NCBI GenBank assembly: GCA_964106645.2
Contig: OZ067038.1
Reading direction: 5' to 3' (one strand)
DNA: 64,000 bases
From: Podarcis pityusensis
Taxonomy: Eukaryota
Below the pieces are notes generated by a model. The model saw only the letters and a list, made by a program, of their open reading frames with translations, ran no database searches and was not told where the DNA came from. Below are positions 1 through 12,640 of this stretch, piece by piece. Positions within the stretch are counted from its first letter, which is position 1. Each line of letters begins with the position of its first letter. The position numbers and the translations under genes are program-made.

Positions 1-117
1 TATCATTCATATGGCTATTTTAATTCAAATTGTCACCCCCTGAAATATGGCTGTTTAATTTGATTGCTATGGTAGAATCATACCGCTCTGCTCAAAGGTG
101 ACCACTTACACATCATA

Positions 118-226
118 TAGCTCAGTCAGTACAGCATGAGACTCTTAATCTCAGGGTTGTGGGTTGAAGCGCCATGTTGGGCAAAAGATTCTTGCATTGC
201 AAGAGGTTGGACTAGATAATGGTCCC
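118..226 (+). mobile_element. tRNA-Lys(CTT)-derived SINE with CR1-like 3' tail
   Basis: TAGCTCAGTCAGTACAGCATGAGACTCTTAATCTCAGGGTTGTGGGTTGAAGC resembles tRNA-Lys-CTT. It is followed by TGCATTGCAAGAGGTTGGACTAGAT, the CR1 3' end motif also seen at ~43390. Confidence 0.8.
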
Positions 227-227
227 G

Positions 228-938
228 TTCAGCAGTTAAGGAGGCAGTTTCTTCATGTGCTGGAGAGGGAAGTGTGGGGTAGATGGGGCCCGTCAATCTG
301 AGAAGATAGCAAATCTAGAAGAAGAACTCTGATGCTAAACTGCTGCCTTGTGGAATATTTTTTGGGAGAAGACAAGGCTAAGGAGTAAATCCTGTACAAA
401 TCTGGAGTGGAGTCCTTGTACAGTCGTACCTCGGGTTAAGTACTTAATTCGTTCCGGAGGTCCGTTCTTAACCTGAAACTGTTCTTAACCTGAAGCACCA
501 CTTTAGCTAATGGGGCCTCCTGCTGCCGCCACGCTGCTGGAGCACGATTTCTATTCTCACCCTGAAGCAAAGCTCTTAACCCGAGGTACTGTTTCTGGGT
601 TAGCAGAGTCCGTAACCTGAAGCATATGTAACCCGAGGTACCACTGTACAGCTCCTTCTGGCAATTCCTGCAGCCAAGCTGGTTCCAAACCTTTGGACCA
701 CATCAGCAAAGCTGAGAGGAGGATCTTGTCATCTGGGCAGCCCAGGACCTCCATACACACTGGCCAGGCTTGTGCCCTAAGGAGGTAACTTCAGTGATGC
801 TAATTTAGAAAGCAACAATGTGGAAGGCAGCTGTTACCGGTCTCTGCAGCCACAGCAGGTGCTGTGATTCTCCAGCAGTTTGACTTCACCCCTGGAGGCA
901 CACTCCATTGTCTCTTGAGACAGATAGTTGCCAACAAC
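228..938 (+). mobile_element. Degenerate non-autonomous RTE-like retroelement, interrupted by a MITE
   Basis: RTE-5'UTR-like text (CTAGAAGAAGAACTCTGA...AAACTGCTGCCTTGTGG) and a CAACAAC-type 3' end. Family assigned from memory of similar elements. Confidence 0.4.
421..646. mobile_element. Tc1/mariner (Tigger/pogo-like) MITE
   Basis: TIRs CAGTCGTACCTCGGGTTA / TAACCCGAGGTACCACTG, flanked by TA on both sides. A second copy lies at 9124-9357. Confidence 0.9.
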
Positions 939-982
939 TAGAATAGTGGTGGCATGGGAATATAAAAGACCTGTAAGGTTTC

Positions 983-1251
983 TAGGGTTGCCGTATGTCC
1001 AGATCTCCCCAGACATATCCGGAATACTGTAGTCGGCAGCAGTGTCCAGGTGGGAATTGGAAAAAATGTCCAGGAAAATCTGGACGTATGGCAGTCTTAT
1101 GTTGGCAGTGCCGTTTTTCCATACAAATGTTCAAAAACGGCATTATTTCAAGATTTTTACCTAAAAAGCTCAACAACGTTGGGCAAAAATGAAATAAATA
1201 AATGCTCAACAACTTTTCCAGATTTTCACTGTTTGAAATATGGCAACCCTA
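983..1251. mobile_element. hAT-like MITE with 6-bp target-site duplication
   Basis: TIRs TAGGGTTGCC / GGCAACCCTA, with GGTTTC on both flanks (977-982 and 1252-1257). A shorter relative lies at ~51808-51921. Confidence 0.75.
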
Positions 1252-1385
1252 GGTTTCCCAGCATCCTTTGATAAGACTGTAGACCAAAAGGGCATGGGTT
1301 GGTTAAACAAATGAGTAGTAGAATATTTGTCCTTCCTACTTTGCAAAATATGCAGTGTCCCCTGACCAATATTAATTGCCTGACA

Positions 1386-1462
1386 TCTTAAAGACCAACT
1401 AAGTTAGTTCTTGGTATATTTATTTCGACTATGGCAGACCAACACGGCTACCCATCTGTAAC
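1386..1462. mobile_element. Tiny Penelope-like insertion with an inverted segment
   Basis: Shares GACCAACTAAGTT (forward) and AGACCAACACGGCTACC (reverse) with the element at 20216-20367. A 13-bp duplication TAATTGCCTGACA lies at 1373-1385 and 1463-1475. Confidence 0.75.
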
Positions 1463-4400
1463 TAATTGCCTGACACTTTTCTTTAAAAAGCTTGTCCATT
1501 TCCCACCTATTATCAGTTTCCAAGCTAAGGTATTGCAACAACTTTAAATGAGCTTGTATTTAAATAAATTAATGTTATGAGGGAGAGCAAGGGAGGACTG
1601 TCTAGGTGGGGTGGCAACTCTTAATTTTACGTGACTGCCGAACTTAATATTTTTTCTCGTGCAATCTCTTTTTTGCTAGTCGTGCATGGTTAATCTGACT
1701 TCAGTTAAATAATGGGAACCAATATTAAGAAAGAAATCCATAAGCATCTAATATATAAAAGCTATGAGCGTAAGCAGCTTGGGCTCATAAGAAATTAATC
1801 ATGCTAGATGAACTACTCAATCACTAAAGAAAACTTAATTGCAAAATGAGTGTGTCGGAGAAGTTCAGCGACTGTGATGAAGTGGTGTTTAGCGAGAGTA
1901 TCTGTTACCATGCGCCACAAAAGCTTACCTGAGATAGTAATTCTAATTGGCTCATATAGATGCATATTTAGAGCGTCTAAACATTGGCTAAAGGGCTGCG
2001 TTGCAACAGGCATGGCCACTGCCTTGAAATAAGGGTTGCCAAGGAGCCGCAAAGGCTGGCCCAAGCCAAGGCTGCCTTTCCACCATTAACTAGCTAAAAG
2101 AGGGAAAAATTCAATGAATTAATCTTGAAGATAATAATGTGGGAGGGGCTGCAAGCTTCAGTGAAGCTGTGGAAGCAATATGCAGGGTGTGGGATATTTT
2201 ACGTAAGGAGAAGAAGGAAACAACATTAAACTAGGGAAACATACCGGCTATAGAGAAAATATCTCAAATGCTGGATATGCAAGTTCTGAATGGGTTTGGT
2301 GGAAGTTACAAAATGTCTGTGGTTAATTGTGACGGAAATGGAATGAGGATGTGACACTGGTGAACTAAAGTCAGATAAACAAATTCCTGCTCCTGCCTCT
2401 AAATTAGGATCTGTGTCTTTTTCAACTGGCCATCGCTCATCTGACCTATCCTTGTATGTTTCCATGTTCCCTCAGTCGGAGGAAGGGCTGGCCAGTTCTG
2501 TAAGAGTTTCCAGTCAGGGCTTGGCTGTTCTGTTTGCTGCACTCTCGGAACATCTGTGCTTATAATAATGAGCTCCACCCATTAACGCAGCCTTTCTATG
2601 GACTCATATATATTACTCCATGTGAAATGCCACTGGCAAGAACATTTATGAGGCCTGGTCTTCTCAAGGCAGTTCTGTAGCATGGTGTAACTCGGACTTC
2701 TCTAAAGCGTTAGGAGGATCCTATGCTGCTGCGGTTGCTGCTGTATTAACTAAGCCATGATCTGGCTTGGCATTATGTCCAAACTCAAACTTGTGGTTTG
2801 TTGCACCCCAGACAAACTATAAGCTATAACCAAGGGGAGATGAACCACAAGCCCAGATTTGCATAGAGTTGTGTAGTGTGGCTGCAGCAGAACTGGGAGA
2901 GGAGCACAGTGGAACCAGCATGTTTGCACTTAGACCTTCCCTCTGAAAACCCACTTGTTCCTTGTGAGCTGCGCCATTTTGTCCTCAGGCACCAGGGCCG
3001 AAACGACACATTGCCTTAGTTATGTATTTGTTCCTTTAAGTACAGTATTTGGTGTTGTTGTTTTTTACACAAATTGCCAGTGTAGGGCCTCTGATGTGAA
3101 TTGGGATCCTGAGGCAGGGGCTTTAATCTGCCCCTCAGTATGGTCCTGATCAGGGGCTCCACATTGGCAATTTTTATTTAAAAACTCTAAACTTAAAGGC
3201 ACAGCTACATAAGCTAACAGTACATGTACCCTGCCCCATAGTTTCTGAATGGCAAAACATGAGGGATGAATTAGAAAACCCTGAAAGAAGAATGATCCAG
3301 ATGGCAAGGTTGCTGGCTGATAAAGTGTTATGGAAATAAGATGTTTTAGTTTGACCGAGGGATGCCCATTCCAGTTTATGACAATTCTATTCCAGAAGTA
3401 TCTAGAGTGTTAAATGCCAAGTAATGAGAGACTGTCGGAAAGTACCAAGTAGGAAATAACGAGGTGGAATAAAATGCAATTGCTTACTTTCATTCTGAAG
3501 GCTGAAGTCCAAATCTCTGCGATAAATTAGATTGCGAGTTTAGTCTGCTGGGGAGGATGTGGCATTGTCCTCTTGTGGGTAATAGAAAAGTAAAAAGGAC
3601 AACACATTAGAAAAATAGCGTGCTTAAGGGACAAAACAGCCCCGGCTGCTGTGAAGGGAAAGGGCAGTGGGGAAGAGGGATGGGAGCCGCAGACGCTTAA
3701 TAGTTCTCTTCTGTCTCCAATTTCAGTAATTCTGCAAAATCCCCACTAATAGGGCTAAGCCACCGAGTGTTGGCTAACAATCCATAGCACTCTGCCTGCT
3801 TCACAAAGCATTCTAAAGCATTTTAATTTACAGCTGAGAATTAAATAATCAGTTCTTTCTTTTGTTTCTCTGAAAATATTCCCCCTCACCTTCTATTTCC
3901 TCACTTTCATCTATTCCCGTCATTTTCACCTCTGCTCAGACCTGTGCACATTTACTCAAAGGTAAGCAAATTAGGTACAATGAAGCTTGCTCCCAAGTAA
4001 ATGAGCGTGGGGTAGGACATTTACACGGGAGTAAGAAATATGGAACGGGTGGGACTCACTTCTGAATAAATACAGATTGTGCGGTCCACCTCTTAAATAT
4101 TGTATCATGTTTTAAGAATTTAAAGCTGTGTGTTCTTGAGCGGGTAACGCAGGGAGTGCGGAATTGCTGCTGCCAAAGCTTGAGATACGGCCTTCTGACC
4201 ATGTTGCACATGTGTTTGCTTGGCACAGCATAAGCTTCAGCGTAAATAATTACTTTTCTTAAGAACATGACTGAGCCAAAGAAGTTCTTGCATCCTTACT
4301 CTTTAAATATTTATAAAATGACCGCATTCCCCTCTTTGCAAATGTGCGGCTCCCGCTAGTAGATTTGCCACAGTGATTAATGGGTATGTGCGTGTTTGCG

Positions 4401-5466
4401 CATCACTTCCTTCAGGTGCACTTTTCCCTGAGGAAAGGGGAGGGGGTAGCCTTTCTTTAAAAAAAACAACCCAAAAGAAAGCCATTATTCAAATGTCTAT
4501 AGCTTTCTGAAATTGCCTCCTTCCAGTGAAATTGCCTCCTTCCAATTGCTGTCTCCTTCAAAAGGGATGGAAAACATTTTCTTATGCCCTATAATTCCTC
4601 CTGCTGCTGTTTGCTTATAAATCAGAAATGCATTTCATTGTCAACAATCCCCCCCCCAAAAAACCCAGAACTCCTATTTTGCTACTGCTAAAATGAAGAG
4701 ATTGCTGGGATCTGAATCATTGTGAATTGTCAAGGTGTCTGACTCTGACTTAGCCCTCCAGCACTGCCTCTTTTTTTTAATATCTTGCTACGGCAGGCTA
4801 TATGGGTGACCAGACAGCTCTTGAAATTCCATTGCCATAAACTCCAGGTCCTTGATATATTTACTTAAGAGGTACCACAAAACAGCCACAAGCTTCTGTC
4901 ATGGGCTGCGAAGAGCTAATATCTGTAGAACTAATGGATGGAGTCAGATTCAGCACTGGGTCGGGACTGAGCAGTGCTGAACCGGTAGGGCATTTACAGC
5001 AGGTCTTAAAGATAGTACACAGCACAGAGAGAAGCATGGGCAGCGTCTTGCTTCGGATCTGGAGCCAACAAATTGTCTCAGAAGAAACACAAAATCTGCA
5101 AAACAGTTTGAGATATATTCCTTTACAGCCTTTGACAGGGAGATTCACATTGAGCTTTGGAATATTTATATAAAATATGTTGATGGGCCTCATTCCACTT
5201 CCTGCTGGACAAAGGTCCATTGGTTGGATTCCTCCTGTTCCATCAGCAGAAGCTCCATTGGACAAGTACTTACACTTGTGCAGTGGGACTTCCCATCTCC
5301 TCCTCCCTCTGGGTTGTCTCTGCAGCTCCAGAATTGGCTCTGCGGGATTGGGAGAACCCCCCAGAACAGAGCATGGGGGAGGAGAGGAAGGATTGTTTTG
5401 TTTGGCAAGCGAAATTTAACATTTGTTGAACTCCACCTCAAGTTTTTACACACAAACACATAAATA

Positions 5467-6109
5467 CAAGGTGTGACCAGAAAGTTCAGTGAATGGTCAC
5501 TGAAATCAGACAGTGGGAAATATATGAACATACATACCTTACAGGCCTTCAGAGTAGGCCCCCTATGATACAATGCACCATTGACAACGTTTGTAGAACT
5601 GTTGGAAACATCTGGAGAAGTTCTTTTTTCGTATTGCGTTCAGTTCCCGTGTCACAGCAGCTTGGATGCGTGAAATGTTGGAAAATCTGTGCCCTTTCAG
5701 GGCAAATTTCAGTTTTGGAAAAAGAAAGAAATCTGGTGGGGCCAGATCAGGAGAATACAGAGGGTGGGACAACTCATTAACCTCAGTAATGATTTCATGC
5801 AGAATATGCAGTTCTTCCACCATCATTCGGACAAACAAACGCCAATCTCACATCAATAACTCACGAACTCTGTTGACATCTGCAGCCATTCTGCTCGTCA
5901 GTGGTCTGCCAGACCAAAGGTCGTCATTGATGGTTTGCCACCCTTAATGGAAATGCTATAAACCACTCATACACTGTCTTTCGAGTTACAGCTTCATCTC
6001 CATACACAATTGTGAGCATTTCGTGGGTTTCCAAAGCCGATTGTATGTTTGAATATTTCTCGCTGTCCGATTTCTGTGACCATTCACCAAACTTTCCGGT
6101 CACACCTTG
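5467..6109 (-). mobile_element. Internally deleted mariner transposon with transposase remnant
   Basis: ~30-bp TIRs (CAAGGTGTGACCAGAAAGTTCAGTGAATGGTCAC and its reverse complement) with TA flanks. The minus-strand ORF contains HPLYSPDLAPPDFFLFPKLK, the mariner YSPDLAP motif. Confidence 0.92.
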
Positions 6110-7899
6110 TATGTTCAGAAGGGTATCCGTTTAACTAAATCTGCTCACCTGGAAGCTGGTTCAACCAGGGCTCCTCAAATGTTCTGAAGCGAGACCCACT
6201 TTGAGATCTGCGGAAAATTTACTCATCCTTATGGGACTCGCTTGTAAACTGAACCTCATCTTTCAAACCCTGCTTTCCAGCTGCAAATCGGAGTGCCTTT
6301 TCTAATAGCAATTTGCCTGTTCACTGAGATTATTGGGCTCGCCTCAAGGTGCTCCTACTTGCAAAGGCTAGTTGACTGGCAACTCAGGCTAAGCTTTCTC
6401 TGCTGGCTCCGTGATCACGGAATAACCTTTCTAGAAATAGTAACTCAGCATCTCCTCTTCTGCCTTCTAGGTGTCGAGATAAAGCTGTTTTCTTTTCCTG
6501 AACATTTAGTGAATGACATTATGACAGTATCCTACTCTATTGCCGCTGCAACATTTAATTGGATCTTTTTATGTGGATTATATTGTGAAATGGTTTTTAT
6601 TGATTTTGTAAGCCACCTTGAAGGCTTGGTATTGGAAAGGCAGGATATAAATGTTTTGAACAAATATATAAATCAACCCATTTCTGTACCTTTTTTTCTC
6701 CTTTTAAGAAGAATAAAACAGTTCCATGAAGGAAGTAAAGCAGGAAGTAAAGGCTTTCAAGCTTTCTGATGGGAGTTCATGAGGACTAGTCAGCTTGCTT
6801 CCAGGTGCTCTTTCTTCCCTGGAGAGTCTATTCTGCAAGGAGTGCCACAGGGTCACGCTGAGGGAAAGACAACCACTTCATCTTTTATACTTAACAATTG
6901 GCTCCTGCTGTTAGGCTGTGGAAAGCGGCTAGTATACACCTCTTATCAAGCAGACAAATAAATTGATCTTCCCAACCCGGCCCCCGTGTGTCAATAAAAT
7001 TCTGACTAGGTCTGCCCAGCATTTGGGATGTTTTACATGAAAGCAAATGTGAAGCAAGACACTCGGCAAAGTAAGGATGTGGAGTACATTGGAGTGAGAT
7101 TACTCTTCTTAAATGCTGTTGCAGTGGGGAGGATGTGCAAATAACTATAGTCTTCTGTCACTCGTCTGCTTTATAAATACCTGTGGCTGCCGTATGTGTG
7201 TGTGTAGTGGCTTGTGTGATGTGGCAGGGCTGCAGGGTGGTGGCAAAGTTGGGGCAACTGGATCTCCTAGTGTCTTCCTTCCCCCATGTATCTTCCAATC
7301 ACAAGCATCATCCCAGATTGCAATCCAGAAACCCATAGTCAACAGCACCTTGGCGAATAGCAGTTTGAGGAAATCTCTTCTTCCCCCACCCTAGGAAACA
7401 AAAACCCAGTGGCAAGCGTTTCACGAACCAAACAATTTAGAAAATCCAGTCATGGTTCTCCTGTGTAATGTGTAGTTTTGACCCTGGAAGCACAACCACC
7501 CTTTTTGTTTTAGACCCCTACAATAAATTAAAAGGATTAGAATCCCCAATTTCAGCCAGAAGCAGGGGCTGAAAGGGCAGTGAATATCCTCCTTTATATG
7601 TACAGCCTTGATTGCAAATATGAAAAAAGTGATGGAAAGTGTGTGAAAGGGTAACAAATCCATGTCAAGTGATCCTTAAGTTTGCATATTTCTATTTATA
7701 AAAATGTTTCAGGAAGAAAGAGAAACACAAAGCCAGAGAAAGTATAAATACCATGGGGGTGTACACACTGTCGATCAATTGTGATAAAATCAGTCAAGTC
7801 TAGTCTTTCAAAGTTATACCCAGCTGTGCTCCTCCACTGATGGAAGCCTCTTGGATCCAGTGGAGGAATGAAAGGGCGGGTGATTCTCCCTTCCCTCTA

Positions 7900-8238
7900 C
7901 AGTGGTGCCTCGCAAGACGAACTTAATCCGTTCCGCGAGTGTCTTCGTCTAGCGGTTTTTTTGTCTTGCGAAGCAACCCTATTAGCGGATTAGCGCTATT
8001 AGCGGTTTAGCGGCTATTAAAGGCTTAGCGGCTTAGCTGCTAAAAGGCTATTAGCGGCTTAGCGGCTTAGAAAAAGGGGGGGGAAAGCGGAAAAAAACCT
8101 CAAGACTCGCAAGACATTTTTGTCTTGCAAAGCAAGCCCATAGAGAAATTCGTCCTGCGAAGCAACTCAGAAACGGAAAACCCTTTTGTCTAGCGGGTTT
8201 TCCGTCTTGCAAGGCATTCGTCTTGCAGGGCACCACTG
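7900..8238. mobile_element. Tigger/pogo-like MITE with internal TAGCGG tandem repeats
   Basis: TIRs CAGTGGTGCCTCGCAAGACGAA / TTCGTCTTGCAGGGCACCACTG with TA flanks. Confidence 0.88.
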
Positions 8239-9123
8239 TATATCCTTCTGCATCTCAAAATTTACTTCAGAGGGTGGGAGGCATCTGGAGGTAGGAGAAA
8301 GGGGGAATTTGCAAAGATTGCCTCCCTCTTTCCGTTCATGGAAACAAAGAGCCTTTCACCAGTGGAGGGACACAACTGGATACAACCCTCAATATGTACA
8401 TCTAGTTTGTTGCAGAAATCAACAGAACCTTTCTTTCTCCTTTTGGAGGCGGTTGTTCTTTTCTCTCTCTTGTGAGTGCTGTGTTTATCCATTCTTTGAA
8501 ATAACAATTCTATGCCATTCCCTTGGTTGCTCGGCCAGTGATTCACAATTGAGGGGACAGAACTGTGTGTTGACTCAGCACACACAACCCAAGCATTGTT
8601 TGCCACTTAACAGCGATGAGGAGGCAGGGGAGATTTGGGGGCAGAAGTTGCTTAACCTCCCTCTCCTACTAATAATATTCCTACACATCCCCTCCCCTAA
8701 GTGACTTTTCCTTCTCAGCTGGGCTGCTATTTCTGGTCTGAGAGCTGACTGGCAGAAAATGGGGAAATACAGTTGGGAAGGGAGCGGTTTCAGAGAATTG
8801 TTATTGATAAAGAAATACTTATGTACTCCCTACCCATGGGTCAATGCTTCTTTGTAAACATCTCCTTTCCTTGCATTAGTCTTACAAGGCAAAGATGGGG
8901 GTTGCCTTTCAGCAGAGAGTTCTGAAGGTGCTTTTAAGTAGAGACCTCTAAGAACTTGAAAAGAGCCTGCTGGTTCAGGCCACTGGCTCCTCTAGTCCAG
9001 CATCCAGAAGTCTGGGGGAAACCAGCAAGCAGCTTCTAGCCATATTCACAAAATTAACTGAATAGCCTTGATAAAATCTGTGTCTCTCCTGCCATTTCCT
9101 CCAACTGGTATTCAGAAGCATTA

Positions 9124-9357
9124 CATTGGTACCTCGGGTTAAGAACTTAATTCGTTCCAGAGGTCTGTTCTTAACCTGAAACTGTTCTTAACCTGAGGTA
9201 CCACTTTAGCTAATGGGGCCTCTCGCTGCCACCGCCACCCAATTTCTGTTCTCATCCTGAGGTAAAGTTCTTAACCCAAGGTACTATTTCTGGGTTAGCA
9301 GAGTCTGTAACCTGAAGCATCTGTAACCTGAAGTGTCTGAAACCTGAGGTACCACTG
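9124..9357. mobile_element. Tigger-like MITE (same family as 421-646), nested in a reverse CR1 3' remnant (~8950-9460)
   Basis: Near-identical to 421-646, with TA flanks. Confidence 0.88.
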
Positions 9358-9475
9358 TACTGCCTCTGACTGTGGAGGCAGGGCAGAGCTATGGTGGTTA
9401 GTAGCCATTAATAGTATTCTCCTCCATTAATTTGTCTAATCCTCTTTTATAGCCACCCTAGTTAGTTGGTTGGTA

Positions 9476-9735
9476 AGGGAGTGGGGGGTGCTGTGGTCTA
9501 AACCACCAAGCCTCTTGGGCTTGCCAATCTCAAGATTAGCAGTTCAAGTCCCCATGATGGGGTGAGCTCTTGTTGCTCTGTCTCAACTCCTGCCAACTGA
9601 GCAGTTCAAAAGCACACCAGTGCAAGTAGATAAATAGGTACCGCTGCAGCGGGAAGGTAAACAGCGTTTCCATGCTGTCTGGCACTTGTCACAGTGTCCT
9701 ATTGCACCAGAAGCTGGCCACATGACCAGAAAGCT
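9476..9735 (+). mobile_element. Degenerate, 3'-truncated Sauria SINE
   Basis: Shares GTGCAAGTAGATAAATAGGTACCGCT and the overall layout with the full copy at 55324-55684. Confidence 0.85.
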
Positions 9736-10704
9736 CCAGGTTGGAGAAGCCTGCTTTTAAGAAGTCAGCAGTCCTTAGTACTTCGCATGTGCCATGTTTC
9801 TACGTGGAGAAAATCTCCTTTGAAGGAGGGGAGAAGCCCAGTGTATCCCCCACAATTGGATATGTTTCGAAGATGTAGCACTCACAACAGTTTCTAAATA
9901 GGACAAAAAGGACATGGTGATGTTTAGATTTGTGATGCTGGACATTTCCTACATCCAAGCAGCATTTTTTAAACAAATAAATTTCAGGTTTTAGTTTTCC
10001 TGGAGAAAAAGCAGGATCCCTTTCTGCCTTTAGCTATTTATGCTACACTGGTGTCTCCAGCCCAGCTAGTCCTCTATCCACTGCAGGCATGGTGGAAAGA
10101 TTATTTCCTACAGCAACCAGAGCCGAGGCTGGTGGTGAAGAGAGCAGCAGACCTGCTAGACTTCTTTCTGCCGTGAACTTCTTTAGGAATCCATCCGAGT
10201 GAGCATCTGGCAGTGCTGTTTTTAAATTCATGTCCTGCTTCAGGCTTAAAATGACACAATCCCTTTTTGAGCACTGTCCACAATCTGAGCTATGTCCTAA
10301 AATATTTTTTTTAAGAACTGAGCTGAAAGATATTTGTAAGTGATATGATTGTGACAGCAAATGAACAAGATAAACTCTTGGCTCCACCTTCTTCCTGATG
10401 TCAGAGGTTGTTGAAAACAGTTGCGGAGATTCAGGCTTCAATCTCGTGTGCATTTACAAGGGAGTATAAGCTTAATTGAAGTCAGTAGGACTTTTAGATG
10501 CTAGAGCTGCTTTACTCATTTGTAATATAGGGAGGTTGGATTACTTTAGCTGCTTTTTATTTTGATTAGCATTTTTGCACATTATTATTATTATTATTTT
10601 ACAAGTGAGACCTGTAACAAACTGTTGCAGTGTGGAGTTTCCATATTCAGGGTGCCAGCCAGCCAGGCATACCTGGTTTTCCTGAATACTCCATTGCATT
10701 CTCC

Positions 10705-11098
10705 CCATTTCACCTGCAATACCTCAAGGACTACATCTATAAACCAACTCAGACTCTGCATTCATCACCTGAGGCACTTCTTTGTGTGCCTCCTCCACGT
10801 GAGGTCCAAAGGGTGGAAACAGGAGAATGGGTGTTTTCTGCACTAGCTTCCCATTTGTGGAATGCTATCCCCAGGGAGGTGCCTTCTTTATATATATTTA
10901 GGTGCCAGGCAAAAACATTCCTCTTCAACCAGGCGTTTGGCTGATTAATATTCTACAGCCTTTTAAATGTGCTTATGGGAGGGGAGAGGGCTATTGTTTT
11001 GTTGTGTTTGTTTTAATTGCTTTTTTGTGTTTTTATCTTGCAATTTTCTCTTCTGAACTCCCCTGAGATCTTTTGATTAAAGGTGGTATATAAAGCTA

Positions 11099-11129
<31 letters not shown>
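10705..11129 (+). mobile_element. L2 LINE 3' end with (TAA)n tail
   Basis: An L2-type 3' coding tail (SALASHLWNAIPREV...FRCQAKTFLFNQAF) followed by a T-rich UTR and a TAA microsatellite. Confidence 0.75.
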
Positions 11130-12423
11130 GCCAGCAATTGTTGACCACTGAGCATGCTCAATCCTCATTAGATTCTACCCCCTTATTTTTTTTGCAAACA
11201 TTGTGATCCCCCGCCCCTCCAAGCCTATTGACACCTTCCATTTCGGCTGCATAAATATCTATGCTTGAAGAATGAGTCTGCCATTTGTTTATAGGTTGAC
11301 ATTCTCAAGAATACTGGTATGTTAAATGGAAATGTTAGTGTAATAGTCAGTGTTGAAGACTACAGGCTGGATCGTGCATATTTAACAATTCTATGCGCGC
11401 CTAACAGTCAGTTCATCTTCCCAGGGAACTTTGTGGAAGTGTAATTCTGTGAAGGGAATAGAGGTCTCCTAACAACTCTCAGTGCCCTTAACAAACTACA
11501 GTTCCCAGGATTCTTTGGGAGAAGGCGCAACTGATTATAGGGGTATGACACTGCTTCAATTGTTTAGGGTCGATGGGGATCTATGGAGGATGCAAAATGA
11601 TGGCCAGCAGGAGTGCCAACTTGAATATAATAATGGGGGGGGGGGGAGAGTAAGCCCCACACCGTAGCATTGATCACATGATGTGATGCATGCACGCCAT
11701 TTGAATGGCAAAATGGCAATGCCCATCAACTTGGGGGGGGGTTAGGGTATTTTATTGAGGGGGTGAAGGGAGTTGGCTCCTATGATGGCCAGGCAGCTAA
11801 CACTGGTGCTGGAGTGGGGGGGAGAAGTTAGGAAAAAAGAAATAAGCTGTGCAACTGCCACTGGTAATAGCGAGTCCCATCTTTTGGATGATTTCTCCTC
11901 CCCCTGGAGAAATCTGATGAAAAAATTCCCTGCAGGTTTCCTTCCCTCAAATAGCATAAGACAATTTTGAGAGTTGTGCATAGCTCAGCTGTTCTTGATC
12001 CTTTCCACACATTGGCCTGGTAGGAGCTCATGGACCACAAAATGAGAACCTCGGCTCTAAACTCACATTCTTTCTTAGAAATCCTGTTGCAACTCACACC
12101 CTTAGAGTGGCATCCCCATACCTGGTATTTCATACTGCCAACTCTAATTAGCCCTGGTCAGCATGGCCAATGGTTAGGGGTGATGGGTGTTGTAGTCCAA
12201 AAGTCTGGTGGACACCAGGTTGGGAAAGGCTGCTCTAGAGATCCAGGTTGTAACATGTAACTAGTTGTGATCACGACTGCTGTAACTTTGTGAAAAAGGA
12301 TATGTAGAAATTCAAAACTTTTGTTTTCTTTTAGTCACTGGTTACTAGTTGTTTAGCAGAACATTCTAGAAATCCTCTCTTTAGGGCTCTTTTCAACACA
12401 CAAAAATTTTCTCTAGGGTTTAG

Positions 12424-12640
12424 AGCCAGTGTGGTGTAATGGCTAGAATGTTGGGCTATCTCTTGGGAAACTAGGGTTCGGATATCCACTCAGCTTACTG
12501 GGTAACCTCAGGCCAGTTACTTTCTCTCAGCCCAACCTGCCTCACAGGAATGTTGTGGGCATAAAACGTGGAGGAGAGAACCATGTGTGCCTCTTTAAGC
12601 TCCTTGGAGGAAAAGATGGCATAAAAATGTAGTAAGTAAG
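12424..12640 (+). mobile_element. Old Squam3-like tRNA-derived SINE
   Basis: AGCCAGTGTGGTGTAATGGCTAGA...CTCTCAGCCCAACCTGCCTCACAGG is a diverged reverse complement of the copies at 14250, 23030 and 36073. Confidence 0.65.

Noticed and set aside
118-190. Possible tRNA-Lys gene (and tRNA-Ile at ~16125-16190)
   Set aside because: The acceptor stems and T-arms are degenerate and both are fused to CR1 tails, so they are SINE heads.
4050-4450. Mild CpG enrichment as a candidate SLC8A3 promoter or exon 1
   Set aside because: Too weak for a CpG island, and no convincing exon structure.
7694-7703. MEF2-like CTATTTATAA (similar sites elsewhere)
   Set aside because: Expected by chance in AT-rich DNA; conservation data would be needed.
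7975-8070. Short regularly repeated TAGCGG units, superficially CRISPR-like
   Set aside because: There are no unique spacers, the repeats lie inside a MITE, and the context is vertebrate.
6293-8704. 158-aa and 172-aa ORFs (6293-6769, 8186-8704) and other 60-180-aa ORFs
   Set aside because: Non-ATG starts, overlap with repeats, and no homology or splice context.
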